Shown one piece after another: positions 1-11,804 of a stretch of DNA of 64,000 nt. The notes under the pieces are model-generated. The model was not told the DNA's origin. It saw only the letters and a program-made list of their open reading frames with translations, and searched no databases. The position numbers and the translations under genes are program-made. Source of the stretch: an uncultured Chloroflexia bacterium. GTDB lineage: Bacteria; Chloroflexota; Limnocylindria; Limnocylindrales; CSP1-4. Every line of letters starts with the position of its first letter. The stretch's first letter is position 1. The stretch is from NCBI GenBank assembly GCA_963768655.1, contig CAVYIM010000006.1, forward strand, positions 128,001 through 192,000, in the 5' to 3' direction.

Positions 1-81
1 GGTCACGTCGCTCTCGAGTGGGCCGGCACTACCGGCTCCAGCGCCAACATCGCTCTCGATATCACCGGCTACTGGAAGTAG
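1..81 (+). CDS. 3' end of an upstream gene (partial), GHVALEWAGTTGSSANIALDITGYWK*
   Basis: Frame 1 is open from base 1 to TAG at 79-81 with GC3-rich codons. The terminal 'xxDITGYW' resembles the repeated beta-strand domains of secreted proteins. Confidence 0.6.
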   Translation, partial: GHVALEWAGTTGSSANIALDITGYWK

Positions 82-231
82 GGAGCGGGGGGAGGCGCGC
101 TCCTCGGCTCGTTGGACCCTCGCAGACGCTCGGAGGCCCCGGCCCGCGCCGGGGCCTCGGACCACGTGGCGGCGGGCGAAGGGACGCCCGGCTCGGGGCT
201 CGGCCAGGGGCTCGGTCCGGGTCCTCGCGCC

Positions 232-240
232 TGCTATACT
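232..240 (+). promoter_or_regulatory. Extended -10 promoter (TGcTATACT) for the purA leader and pur operon
   Basis: TG-N-TATACT at 232-240, about 7 nt before the start of a long base-paired leader. Confidence 0.6.
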
Positions 241-246
241 TCGGCC

Positions 247-433
247 GGCCTGGGGACCGAGGAACCCCGGGCTGCCAATGCCAATCGCCAAGGAGTGCAC
301 GTTGCCGCACGAAGGCGTGCCGTTCGCCCCGTGAGACGAACCACCACCTTCACGCCCCAGGGAGCCGCGGCGGCTCCTACGGAGGGGCAGTCTACCCAGG
401 TCCCCGGCCGCTCGGTCGAGGGCCTTTTGGTTT
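247..433 (+). ncRNA. Candidate structured 5' leader (riboswitch/attenuator-like or 6S-like rod) upstream of purA
   Basis: Nested complementary blocks: 247-258/399-409, 269-276/386-393, 291-295/374-378, 302-308/367-373, 311-315/347-351 and 322-326/337-341. A hairpin at 406-424 plus TTTTGGTTT follows. Confidence 0.5.
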
Positions 434-486
434 CCCGGGGTTGGCACAGGGACGACCGCCGGGGCGAGCACCGCAGGGAGGACTAG

Positions 487-1851
487 ATGCCCGCCACCGT
501 GATCGTCGGCCTGCAGTGGGGCGACGAGGGCAAAGGCAAGACGACCGACTTCCTGGCCGAGGGCGTTTCGGCCGTCGTCCGCTATCAAGGCGGCGACAAC
601 GCCGGTCACACGATCATGCTCGGCGAGGAAGTCTTCAAGCTCCACCTCGTCCCCTCGGGCGTGCTCTACCCGCACATCACGCCGATCATCGGCAACGGCG
701 TGGTCGTCAACCCGGCAACCCTCCTGACCGAGTTCGAGATGCTCACCAGCCGCGGCATCGAGGTCGATCGCGTCCGGGTCAGCAAGCACGCCCACGTGAT
801 CATGCCCTACCACATCGCTCTCGACGGAGCGATGGAGGCCCGCCTCGCGAAGGCCGCGGTCGGGACCACGCGGCGGGGAATCGGGCCCGCATACGCGGAC
901 CGCGCCTGGCGGATCGGCATCCGGATGGAGGACCTGCTCGACGCCGTGGCCCTTCGGGGCAAGCTGGCTCGAATCCTGCCCGAGAAGAACGCCACACTCC
1001 AGCGGCAGCATCGGGTCGAGGGTTTCGACCTCGACGAGCTGGTCGAGCAGGCGGCCGAATGGGGCCGGCGCCTCGAGCCCCGCCTGGCCGACACGACCCA
1101 GCTGGTCCAGGAACGCCTGGCGCGCGGCGAGCACGTCCTGTTCGAAGGGGCGCAGGGAGCGCTGCTCGACCTCGACCACGGCAGCTACCCGTTCGTCACC
1201 TCGTCCAACCCGATCGCCGGCGGCGCCTGCACAGGTGGCGGCATCGGGCCGCTGCAGGTCGACGAGGTCATCGGCGTGATGAAGGCCTACGCCACCCGCG
1301 TCGGATCCGGCCCGTTCCCGACGGAGCTGACCGACGCGATCGGCGACGGGATCACCGACCGGGGCCGGGAGTTCGGAACCACTACCGGGCGGCGCCGCCG
1401 GGTCGGCTGGTTCGACGCCGTGCCGCTGCGCTATGCCGTGGCTGTGAACAGCGTCAGCTCGATCATGCTGAACAAGATCGACATCCTCTCGGGTCTGGAC
1501 GAGATCCTGATCTGCATGGCCTACGAGGTCGACGGCAGGCGGGTCGACTGGTGGCCCTCGGACGCCGACGTCCTGGCCCGGGCGACGCCGATCTACGAGC
1601 GCTTCCCCGGCTGGGCCGAGCCGATCCACGCTTGCCGCTCCATGGCGGACCTGCCGGAGAACGCCCGGCGCTACGTGGACGCGGTCGAGCGACTCTCCGG
1701 GGCCCCGATCGCGCTCGTCTCGGTTGGGCCGGAGCGTCACCAGACCATCGAACGAATGGCTCGCCAGCAGCGGCCCAGGCCTTCTGCCGGTCCGGCCGCG
1801 GCGCCCGCGACTTCCATGCGCGCCGCCTCCGGCGCAGCGGTCGAGCGATGA
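487..1851 (+). CDS. purA: Adenylosuccinate synthetase
   Basis: QWGDEGKGK, RYQGGDNAGHT and GTTTGRRRRVGWFD motifs; RBS GGAGG. Confidence 0.98.
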   Translation: MPATVIVGLQWGDEGKGKTTDFLAEGVSAVVRYQGGDNAGHTIMLGEEVFKLHLVPSGVLYPHITPIIGNGVVVNPATLLTEFEMLTSRGIEVDRVRVSKHAHVIMPYHIALDGAMEARLAKAAVGTTRRGIGPAYADRAWRIGIRMEDLLDAVALRGKLARILPEKNATLQRQHRVEGFDLDELVEQAAEWGRRLEPRLADTTQLVQERLARGEHVLFEGAQGALLDLDHGSYPFVTSSNPIAGGACTGGGIGPLQVDEVIGVMKAYATRVGSGPFPTELTDAIGDGITDRGREFGTTTGRRRRVGWFDAVPLRYAVAVNSVSSIMLNKIDILSGLDEILICMAYEVDGRRVDWWPSDADVLARATPIYERFPGWAEPIHACRSMADLPENARRYVDAVERLSGAPIALVSVGPERHQTIERMARQQRPRPSAGPAAAPATSMRAASGAAVER

Positions 1852-3307
1852 GCTCGCCCGCCGGATCCAGCCAGCAGGCCGCCGGCCCGGCGCGAGTGCT
1901 GGTGCTCGGCGGCGGCGGCCGCGAACACGCCCTGGTCTGGAGCCTGGCGCGCGAGGCCGACGTCGAGGCCGTGATCGTGGCCCCGGGCAGCGACGCCATA
2001 GGCGAGGAGCCCAAGGTTCGCTGCATGCCGTGCGTTTCCGCCACGGACCCCGCCGCGGTCCTGGAGCTGGCCACCGCGGATAACGTGGATCTGGTCGTCG
2101 TCGGCCCCGAGGCGCCGCTGGCCGCCGGTGTCGTGGACGTGCTCGAGGAAGCGGGCGTGCCGACCTTCGGGCCGATCCGCTCGGCCGCGCGGATCGAATG
2201 GAGCAAGGCATTCTGCCGCGAGGTCGCCGCCGCCGCCGGTGTCCGGATGGCGCGCGGCGAGCCATTCTGGGCCCTCGAGCCGGCGCTCACGTACGCCCGC
2301 GAACTGGCCGCAGAGCCGGGGTCGCGCGGCGTGGTGGTCAAGGCCGACGGCCTGATGGCCGGCAAGGGCGTCACCGTCTGCGACGACCTCGCGCCGGCGG
2401 AGACGGCCCTGCGGGCGCTCTTTGCCGGCGCCCCGGCCGCGGCGGAGGCCGAGGCGGCTCGTCTCGCCGGCCGGCCCCCGGTGGTCGTGATCGAGGAGCG
2501 CCTCTTCGGGGCGGAGGCGAGCCTGATCGCCCTGTGCGACGACCACGGCGCGCTGGCCCTGCCCCCGGCCCGCGACCACAAGCGCCTGCTGGACGGCGAC
2601 CGCGGCCCGAACACAGGGGGGATGGGAGCCTACAGCCCCGTCCCAGACCTGCCCGAGAGCCTCTGCGCCACGCTCGTCGACATGATCCACGTGCCGATCC
2701 TGGCGGAGCTCACTCGCCGCGGTGCGCCGTTCCGCGGCGCGCTGTATGCGGGCCTGATGCTCACGCCCGAGGGTCCGGTCCTGATCGAGTGCAACGCCCG
2801 ATTCGGCGATCCCGAGGTCCAGGCGCTGCTGCCACGGCTCGCCGTGCCGCTGGGGCCGCTCCTCCTCGGCGCCGCGCGGGGCGATCTCGCCGGGGCAGCG
2901 GCTGAGCTCGGCCTGGTGAGCCGGCTGCTGCCCACGACCGGGGATGCGGCGGTCGCGATCGTCCTGGCGGCGGAGAACTATCCCGAAACGCCGCGCAGGG
3001 GCGACCCGATCGGCGGCCTCGCCGAGGCTGCGCGGGCCGGGGCCACCGTCTTCCATGCCGGTACGGTCCGCGGCGCCGACGGTGGGTACCGCACCAACGG
3101 TGGTCGCGTCCTCTCCGTCGTGGGCCTGGGGAACACGCTCGCCGCGGCGCGTGCCAGCGCCGAGAAGGCCGCGGAGAAAGTGACCTGGCAGGGGATGCAG
3201 CGCCGCCACGACATCGCTGCGAGACCGCCCGTCGCTGCTGACGCGAAGGCCGCGGCCGCCTCGCCGGCTCCAATCTCGGCCGCGGGATGGGAGGAGGGAA
3301 CGCCGCC

Positions 3308-3311
<4 letters not shown>
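1848..3311 (+). CDS. purD: Phosphoribosylamine-glycine ligase
   Basis: VLGGGGREHAL, VVKADGLMAGKGV, DHKRLLDGDRGPNTGGMG and ECNARFGDPE motifs. The ATG at 1848 overlaps the purA stop (ATGA). Confidence 0.97.
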
Positions 3312-4628
<1,317 letters not shown>

Positions 4629-4642
<14 letters not shown>

Positions 4643-5591
4643 AACGACGAACCCCGGGGATCCGCGCGCCTCCGGGCCCAGCCTCGCCGCCTCGAGCGGA
4701 TTCGTCCGGTCGGGCAAGGTGCGCGACCTGTTCGAAGTCGGCGATCGACTGCTGCTCGTGGCCAGCGACCGCCTCTCTGCGTTCGACGTCGTGCTGCCGA
4801 CACCGATTCCCGACAAGGGCCGCGTCCTGACCGGGCTGTCGCGCTTCTGGTTCGGCCAGACCGGCGACGTCATCGCCAACCATCTTCTCGCGACCGACCC
4901 GGCGGAGCTGCCGGCGGGCTTCACCGACGAGGCCGGCCGGCGCGAGCTGCGCGGCCGGATGATGATCTGCCGCCGCGCCAGGGTGCTGCCGGTGGAGGTC
5001 ATCGTCCGCGGCTACGTGTCGGGCTCCGGCTGGAAGGACTACCGCCGTACCGGGGCGATCTGCGGCATCGCGCTACCGGCGGGCCTGCGCGAGTCCGATC
5101 GCCTGCCCGAACCCATCTTCACTCCGTCGACGAAGGCCGAAGTCGGGCACGACGAAAACATCGGCTTCGACGCCATGGTCGAGCTCGTGGGCGGGCCGCT
5201 GGCCGAGCGTGTCCGCGCCGTCGCCCTGGCGCTGTATTCGCGCGGCGCCGCGATCGCCGAGAAGGCCGGAATCCTCCTTGCCGACACCAAGTTCGAGCTC
5301 GGCACCGCCGTCGATACGGGCGAGCTGATCCTGATCGACGAGGTCATGACGCCCGACTCGAGCCGCTTCTGGGACGCCTCCACCTACGAGCCGGGACACG
5401 CCCAGGCCAGTTTCGACAAGCAACCCGTGCGCGACTGGCTGGAAGCCCAGCCGTGGGACAAGACCTATCCAGGACCCGAGCTGCCGGCCGAGATCGTGGC
5501 CGGGACGCGCGAACGCTACGTGGCGGCGTTCGAGCGGATCACCGGGGCCGGCTTCGATCGCTACCTGCAGGAGGACACGATCGCCCGATGA
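4629..5591 (+). CDS. purC: SAICAR synthetase
   Basis: SGKVRDL, ASDRLSAFD, PIFTPSTKA, LADTKFE and DEVMTPDSSRFW motifs. Confidence 0.97.
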
Positions 5592-5911
5592 GCGAGTTCC
5601 GGTATGCCGTCAACGTGCTGCCCAAGCAGGGCATCCTGGACCCGCAAGGGCGGGCCGTGGAGCGGAGCCTGCCGCATCTCAAAGTCACGAACGTGTCGCG
5701 AGTCCGCGTCGGGCGGCGGGCCGAGTTGACGGTCACCGCCGACTCCGAGGCGGAGGCCCGTGCCCTCGTCGACGACCTCGCCAAAGAGCTGCTCAGCAAC
5801 CCGCTCATCGAGGCTTACACCATCGAGCTGCTGGAGGGCACCTCGTCGGCCGTGTCGTCCCCGGGCGCCGGCTCAGCCGCCGGTTCGGGCGCAGGGGTGT
5901 CGCGATCGTGA
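5588..5911 (+). CDS. purS: FGAM synthase subunit PurS
   Basis: ILDPQGRAV and LLSNPLIE motifs; located between purC and purQ. Confidence 0.95.
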   Translation: MSEFRYAVNVLPKQGILDPQGRAVERSLPHLKVTNVSRVRVGRRAELTVTADSEAEARALVDDLAKELLSNPLIEAYTIELLEGTSSAVSSPGAGSAAGSGAGVSRS

Positions 5912-6621
5912 GGATCGGCGTCGTCACCTTCCCGGGCTCCAACTCAGACGTGGACGCGCTCAACGCCCTGGCCGTCGCCGGCGTGGAGCCGGTTTCTCTG
6001 TGGCACGAGTCGCCCGACCTGCAGGGCGTGGCCGGGGTGATCCTGCCGGGCGGCTTTGCCTACGGCGACTACCTTCGAGCGGGCGTCATCGCGCGCTTCA
6101 GCCCGGTGATGCGCGGCGTCTCCGACTTCGCGGCCAGAGGCGGCTACGTCCTGGGGATCTGCAACGGCTTCCAGGTGCTGGCCGAATCACGGCTCGTGCC
6201 CGGCGCGCTGCTGCGCAACCGCTCGTTGCGTTTCGCCAGCAAGATCGTCGCCATCAGGCCCCAGCGCCTCGACTCGCCGTTCACCCACAAGGCGACCGGC
6301 GCGCCGCTGCACATCCCGATCGCTCACGGCGAAGGCTGCTACTACGCGGACGACGCCACGCTCGACGAGCTCGAGCGCAACGGCCAGGTGCTGTGGCGCT
6401 ACGTCCGAGCGGACGGCACGCCCGCCCTCGACCCGGACGATCCGGCCAACCCCAACGGCTCGCTCCGCGCCATCGCCGGCGTATGCAACGCGACGGGCAA
6501 CGTCGCCGGCCTGATGCCGCATCCGGAGCGGATGTCCGAGCCGATCCTGGGCAGCGACGACGGAATGCAAGTGATCCGGTCGTTCGTCGAGAGCGCCAGG
6601 GCCTGGGAGGCAGCGCGATGA
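5908..6621 (+). CDS. purQ: FGAM synthase glutaminase subunit PurQ
   Basis: [25 protein letters not shown] and GLMPHPER motifs. Confidence 0.97.
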   Translation: MRIGVVTFPGSNSDVDALNALAVAGVEPVSLWHESPDLQGVAGVILPGGFAYGDYLRAGVIARFSPVMRGVSDFAARGGYVLGICNGFQVLAESRLVPGALLRNRSLRFASKIVAIRPQRLDSPFTHKATGAPLHIPIAHGEGCYYADDATLDELERNGQVLWRYVRADGTPALDPDDPANPNGSLRAIAGVCNATGNVAGLMPHPERMSEPILGSDDGMQVIRSFVESARAWEAAR

Positions 6622-9155
6622 GCGAGCCGACGACGAACCCGACCGCGCCGGCCACGCCGGCCCAGCCCGAGCCGCTCCATCGCCAGCTCGGGGTCACGGA
6701 TCAGGAGCTGGACGTAATCCGCCAGAAGCTCGGCCGCGACCCCAACCACACCGAGCTGGCCATGTTCAGCGTGATGTGGAGCGAGCACTGCTCGTACAAG
6801 AGTTCCAAGCCGCTGCTCAAGACGCTCCCGACGCGGGGCCACGGCATGATGGCCGGCGTCGGCGACAACGCCGGCGTGCTCCGGATCGGCGATGGGCTGG
6901 CCGTCGCGTTCAAGATCGAGAGCCACAACCACCCCTCCGCCGTGGAGCCGTACCAGGGCGCCGCGACGGGCGTCGGCGGGATCCTGCGCGACATCTTCAC
7001 CATGGGCGCCCGGCCGATCGCGGTCCTGGACGCGCTCCGCTTCGGCGACCCGACGGATCCGCGAACCCGCCATCTCGTGGACGGAGTCGTCCGCGGCGTC
7101 GGCGGCTACGGCAACTGCGTCGGCGTGCCCACCGTCGGCGGCGAGTTGGTATTCGACCCGAGCTACCAGGGCAACCCGCTGGTCAACGTCATGGCCATCG
7201 GCCTGCTCGAGGAGCGGATGCTGATCCTGGCCGAGGCTCCCGGGCCGGGCAACTACGTCGTGCTGTTCGGCTCAACCACCGGCCGCGACGGCATCGGCGG
7301 CGCGAGCGTCCTGGCCTCGGCGACCTTCGCCGACTCCGACCCGAACAAGCGCCCGACGGTCCAGGTCGGCGACCCGTTCGCCGAGAAGCTGCTGATCGAG
7401 GCCAGCCTGGAGCTGATCGATCGCCGCCTGGTCGAAGGCATCCAGGATCTCGGCGCTGGCGGCATCAGCTGCGCCAGCTCCGAATCTGCCGACAAGGCCG
7501 GGACCGGCATCCTGCTCGACCTGGACGCGATCCCGCGGCGCGAGCCCGGCATGGCGCCCTGGGAAGTGATGATCTCCGAGTCCCAGGAGCGGATGCTGGC
7601 CACCTGCCGGCCGGAGAACTATCCGGCCGTGCGCGAGGTGTGCGAGCGGTGGGGCATCCCGATCGCTCTCGTCGGCCGGGTGACCACCGATGGCGACATC
7701 GCCATCGTGGAGGGCGGTATCGGCATCGACGGCCTGCCCAACCCCGGGGCGAAGGAGATCGCCCGTATCCCCGCGAAGGCGCTCACCAGCGAGGCCATCG
7801 TCCACTACCGCCTCGCCTCGCCCCCCGCGCGACGCCGCCAGGCGCCCGCGCCGGGCATCCCGCTGACGGCCCAGGACGGGCTTCCGGAGCGGGGCATGGA
7901 TCCTGCCGCCGTCCTGGCTGCGCTCCTGGGCAGCCCGAACCTCTCCAGCCGGCGCTGGGTCTACGAGCAGTACGACGCCTGCGTCCAGAGCAACACCGTC
8001 GAGTGGCCCGGCCACGGGGCGGCGGTCCTGCGCGTCAAGGGCACGAAAAAGGCCCTCGTCGCCACCACCGACGGCAACCAGACCGTCAGCGCGCTCGACC
8101 CGTACCTGGGCGCCCAACTCTCGGTGGCCGAGGCGACGCGCAACGTCAGCATCACCGGCGCCCGCCCGATCGGGCTCACGAACTGCCTCAACTACGGCAA
8201 CCCGGAACGGCCGGAGGCCTTCTGGCAGCTGCAGGAGGCCGTTCGTGGCATGGGCGACGCCTGCCGCGCGCTCGGCATCCCGGTCACCGGCGGCAACGTC
8301 TCGCTCTACAACGAATATCCGGGCGGGGCGATCTCGCCGACGCCCGAGATCGGCATCGTCGGCCTGCTGGACGACGTCTCGCTGCTGGTCAGGCCACCGT
8401 TCACGACCGAAGGCGACAGCGTCGTCCTCGTGGGCTCCAGCGCGCCCGGCCTGGCCGGCTCGGCCTACGCCGCCCTGGCAGGTCTCGCGTCGGAGGATGC
8501 GCCGCCCAGCCTGGACCTGGATCGCGAGGCGGCTTTGCAGTCGTTCATCCGCGAAGCCATCGGGCGCGGTCTCGTGGCCTCGGCCCAGGACGTCTCCGGT
8601 GGCGGCCTTGCCGTCGCCCTGGCCGAGTGCGCCATGTGGGGCGGGCTCGGCGCCCGCCTCCGGCTCGGCGTGCTCGGCTCGCCGGCAATCGAACTATTCG
8701 GCGAGAGTCCCTCGCGAGTCGTGCTGTCGTGCCGGCCGCGCCACGCCCCCGCCATCGAGCTGCTGGCCCGCCAGTTCGGCCTGCCGGCCGCGACCCTCGG
8801 CACTGTCGGCGGGGATCGGCTCCGCATCGAGCTGACCGGGCAGGGAGCGACGGGCGCGGCGGAAGAGCGCGGCTCGCGCGTGGCGGACGCCCTGGACGTG
8901 GCCATCGTGGATCTCTGTCACGCCTGGGACCACGGCCTGGCCCGGGCCCTCGGCGTGGAGCCGTCCGCGGCCGAGAGCAACCCCGACCCGCACGCGCCGG
9001 ATAAGCCCGCACCCGCTCCCGGCGGCGCGCCAGCGCCCGGCGACGAGCCCGCGCCCGGAGACGCACCCGCGCCCGGCGGCGCGCCAGCGCGCGGCGGCGA
9101 GCCCGCGCCCGGAGACGCGCCCGCACCCGGCGGCGCAAGCGGCGGGGCCGCCTAG
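6618..9155 (+). CDS. purL: FGAM synthase subunit PurL (small type) with a Pro/Ala/Gly-rich C-terminal tail
   Basis: [34 protein letters not shown] and TGGNVSLYN motifs. Confidence 0.98.
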   Translation: MSEPTTNPTAPATPAQPEPLHRQLGVTDQELDVIRQKLGRDPNHTELAMFSVMWSEHCSYKSSKPLLKTLPTRGHGMMAGVGDNAGVLRIGDGLAVAFKIESHNHPSAVEPYQGAATGVGGILRDIFTMGARPIAVLDALRFGDPTDPRTRHLVDGVVRGVGGYGNCVGVPTVGGELVFDPSYQGNPLVNVMAIGLLEERMLILAEAPGPGNYVVLFGSTTGRDGIGGASVLASATFADSDPNKRPTVQVGDPFAEKLLIEASLELIDRRLVEGIQDLGAGGISCASSESADKAGTGILLDLDAIPRREPGMAPWEVMISESQERMLATCRPENYPAVREVCERWGIPIALVGRVTTDGDIAIVEGGIGIDGLPNPGAKEIARIPAKALTSEAIVHYRLASPPARRRQAPAPGIPLTAQDGLPERGMDPAAVLAALLGSPNLSSRRWVYEQYDACVQSNTVEWPGHGAAVLRVKGTKKALVATTDGNQTVSALDPYLGAQLSVAEATRNVSITGARPIGLTNCLNYGNPERPEAFWQLQEAVRGMGDACRALGIPVTGGNVSLYNEYPGGAISPTPEIGIVGLLDDVSLLVRPPFTTEGDSVVLVGSSAPGLAGSAYAALAGLASEDAPPSLDLDREAALQSFIREAIGRGLVASAQDVSGGGLAVALAECAMWGGLGARLRLGVLGSPAIELFGESPSRVVLSCRPRHAPAIELLARQFGLPAATLGTVGGDRLRIELTGQGATGAAEERGSRVADALDVAIVDLCHAWDHGLARALGVEPSAAESNPDPHAPDKPAPAPGGAPAPGDEPAPGDAPAPGGAPARGGEPAPGDAPAPGGASGGAA
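9008..9136 (+). repeat. Imperfect tandem repeat (~54-bp period, 18-bp subunits) encoding PAPGG/PAPGD in the PurL tail
   Basis: The block cccggcggcgcgccagcg...gagcccgcgcccggagacgc occurs twice in frame. Confidence 0.8.
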
Positions 9156-9157
9156 CC

Positions 9158-10633
9158 ATGTGCGGCATCTTCGGCGCGGTGACCCCGGGCATGGATGCGG
9201 CGGCCGTCGCCGCGCTTGGCGTGTTCTCGCTGCAGCACCGCGGCCAGGAGTCCGCCGGGATCGCCGTCAGCGACGGCGAGCAAGTGATGCTCTACAAGGA
9301 TCTGGGCCTGATCGCCCAGGTCCTCGACGAGCGGCGCCTGCCGAGCCTGCGCGGCCCCCTGGCGATCTCCCACTGCCGCTACTCGACGACCGGCTCCACG
9401 GTCTGGGAGAACGCCCAGCCGACCTTCCGCCTGGGACGCGGCCGCTCGATCGCCATCGGCCACAACGGCAACCTGGTCAACACCCGGGAGTTGCTGGCGC
9501 ACCTCGAGGGCGGCAAGTCCAGGCTGTCCGCGACCACCGACACGGAGCTGCTGACCACTCTCCTGGCGGACGACCCCTCCGGGGACACGGTCGAAGCGCT
9601 GAAGCACGTCCTGCCGCTCGTTCAGGGCGCCTACTCGCTGGCCATCCTGGACGAAAGGCGAGTCATCGGCGTGCGCGACCCGTTCGGCTTCCGGCCTCTC
9701 GTCCTGGGGCGGCTTGAAGTGGCAGAGGGCGACCCGGAGGGGCGCCATTCGGGCGGCTGGCTGATCAGCTCGGAATCGGCCGCCATCGAGGTCGCCGGCG
9801 GCATCGTCGTTCGCGACGTGGAGCCGGGCGAGATCGTCATTCTCGAGGAGGGTGCCGAGCCGGTCTCGGTCCGCTTCGCCGAGGGCCACGAGCAACTGTG
9901 CGTCTTCGAGCTGATCTACTTCGGCCGGCCGGACTCGTACATGCTTGGCCGCAACCTCTACGAATCGCGGCGCCGGATGGGCGTGGCCCTCGCGGCCGAG
10001 GCGCCAGCCGCCGCGGACCTCGTCATGCCCGTGCCGGACACCGGAGCACCCGCGGCGGCCGGCTATGCCGAGGGTTCGGGGCTGCCATATCGCGAGGGCA
10101 TGGTCAGAAACCGCTATTCGGGCCGCACCTTCATCCAGCCGTCCCAGGGCATGCGCCAGCGCGGCGTCACCGTCAAGCTGAGCCCGTTGCGCGAGGTCGT
10201 GGCCGGCAAACGGCTCATCGTCGTCGACGACTCGATCGTGCGTGGCACGACCACCCGCCAGATAGTGGCTCTGCTGCGCAAGGCCGGGGCGACCGAAGTC
10301 CATCTCCGCGTCAGCTCGCCGCCGATCCATCATCCCTGCTTCTACGGCATCGACACGCAGATCGAGACCGAACTGATCGCGTCTACCCATTCGGTCGAGG
10401 AGATCCGCGAATTCCTCGGCGCCGACTCGCTCAGCTACCTCTCGATCGGCGGAGTCCTGGCCGCGCTGGACCTGCCATACGACCGCTTCTGCTTCGCCTG
10501 CTTCGACGGGCGCTACCCGGTCCCGGTGCCGTACGACACGACCCGCCACAAGTTCGTCCTCGAAGATGCGGTCGGCGAACCGGTGTCGCAGGGCGAGGCC
10601 GAGGCGCTCGCCAGGACGGCGCCGCATGGATGA
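9158..10633 (+). CDS. purF: Amidophosphoribosyltransferase
   Basis: N-terminal nucleophile MCGIFG, LQHRGQESAG, HNGNL, the PRPP motif VVDDSIVRGTT and CFAC Fe-S ligands. Confidence 0.98.
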   Translation: MCGIFGAVTPGMDAAAVAALGVFSLQHRGQESAGIAVSDGEQVMLYKDLGLIAQVLDERRLPSLRGPLAISHCRYSTTGSTVWENAQPTFRLGRGRSIAIGHNGNLVNTRELLAHLEGGKSRLSATTDTELLTTLLADDPSGDTVEALKHVLPLVQGAYSLAILDERRVIGVRDPFGFRPLVLGRLEVAEGDPEGRHSGGWLISSESAAIEVAGGIVVRDVEPGEIVILEEGAEPVSVRFAEGHEQLCVFELIYFGRPDSYMLGRNLYESRRRMGVALAAEAPAAADLVMPVPDTGAPAAAGYAEGSGLPYREGMVRNRYSGRTFIQPSQGMRQRGVTVKLSPLREVVAGKRLIVVDDSIVRGTTTRQIVALLRKAGATEVHLRVSSPPIHHPCFYGIDTQIETELIASTHSVEEIREFLGADSLSYLSIGGVLAALDLPYDRFCFACFDGRYPVPVPYDTTRHKFVLEDAVGEPVSQGEAEALARTAPHG

Positions 10634-11768
10634 GGTGCGCGGCGGCGCGGCGAGCGGCGCCAAGTCCGGCGGCGCCTGGGACGCGTACCGCCGCGCCGGC
10701 GTGGACATCGACGCGGGCGAACGGGCCGTGGACCTGATGCGGGCCTCCGTCGACGCCACGCGCCGGCCGGAGGTCATCGGCGGGCTGGGCGGCTTCGCTT
10801 CGGCGATGGCCCTGCCGGCAGGCATGCGCGAGCCGATCCTGGTCGGCTCCACGGATGGCGTCGGAACCAAGACGGCGATCGCGATGGCGCTGGGCCGATA
10901 CGACACGGTCGGCCACGACCTCGTGGCGATGTGCGCCGACGACCTGGTCTGCGCCGGGGCGGAGCCGCTCTTCTTCCTCGACTACGTGGCCGTGGGCCGA
11001 GTCTTCCCGGAGCGCGTGGCGGCGATCGTCGGCTCCGTGGCCGACGGCTGTCGCCTGGCCGGCTGCGCGCTGATCGGCGGCGAGACGGCCGAGCACCCGG
11101 GCCTGATGGAGCCCGACGAGTTCGACCTGGCCGGCTTCTGCGTCGGCGTCGTCGAGCGCGACCGGCTGCTCGACGGGACGGCGGCGCGGGCCGGCGACGC
11201 CCTGATCGGAATCGCCGCCTCCGGGCTGCACAGCAACGGCTTCTCGCTGGTGCGCCGGATCGTGGCCGACGCGGGCGTGGACCTGGGCGAGGGCTACGCG
11301 GATGTCGTGTGCCGGATCCTGGGCCCGGAGACGGCGCCGGAGCCGGAGACGGCCGACCTGACTCTCGGCGAGGTGCTGCTGACGCCGACCCGGATCTATT
11401 CGAAGGCGATCCTGGCGCTGCGGCGGCGCCTGGACGAGGCGGGCGCCTCTCTGGCGGGCGCGGCCCACATCACCGGCGGCGGCCTGCCCGGCAACGTGCC
11501 GCGGGTTCTGCCCGACGGTCTCGGGGCGCGCCTCCATCCGGGCGTCTGGCCGATGCCTTCGGTCATGAGGCTGATGGGAGCGCTCGGCGGGCTTTCTGGG
11601 GCCGAGCTGCGCTCGACCTTCAACGGCGGCCTGGGGATGGTCTGCGTCGTCCCGACCGGGGCCGAGAGGACGGCGGTTTCGAGCCTGGACGAAGACGGCC
11701 TGGCAGCCTGGCAGGTCGGCGAGGTGGTGACAATCGACGCGCAGGCGGCGCGCTATTCGGAGTCCTAG
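10626..11768 (+). CDS. purM: AIR synthetase
   Basis: YRRAGVDI, TDGVGTK, GGETAEHPG, SGLHSNGFSL and HITGGG motifs. Confidence 0.97.
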   Translation: MDEVRGGAASGAKSGGAWDAYRRAGVDIDAGERAVDLMRASVDATRRPEVIGGLGGFASAMALPAGMREPILVGSTDGVGTKTAIAMALGRYDTVGHDLVAMCADDLVCAGAEPLFFLDYVAVGRVFPERVAAIVGSVADGCRLAGCALIGGETAEHPGLMEPDEFDLAGFCVGVVERDRLLDGTAARAGDALIGIAASGLHSNGFSLVRRIVADAGVDLGEGYADVVCRILGPETAPEPETADLTLGEVLLTPTRIYSKAILALRRRLDEAGASLAGAAHITGGGLPGNVPRVLPDGLGARLHPGVWPMPSVMRLMGALGGLSGAELRSTFNGGLGMVCVVPTGAERTAVSSLDEDGLAAWQVGEVVTIDAQAARYSES

Positions 11769-11804
11769 CGGAACCTGACGGAGTCGACACGGAGGAGGAG
11801 CAGC

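Noticed and set aside
247-433. Assignment of the purA leader to the purine, ZTP, PRPP/ykkC, c-di-AMP or T-box families
   Set aside because: Only short fragments (GAGGAACC, GGGAGC) resemble them. I could not find the ordered conserved cores by eye, so it is left unassigned.
18-1847. Long N-terminal part of the 1097-aa ORF 18..3311
   Set aside because: It is an Arg/Pro-rich off-frame overlap of purA. The real purD begins at ATG 1848.
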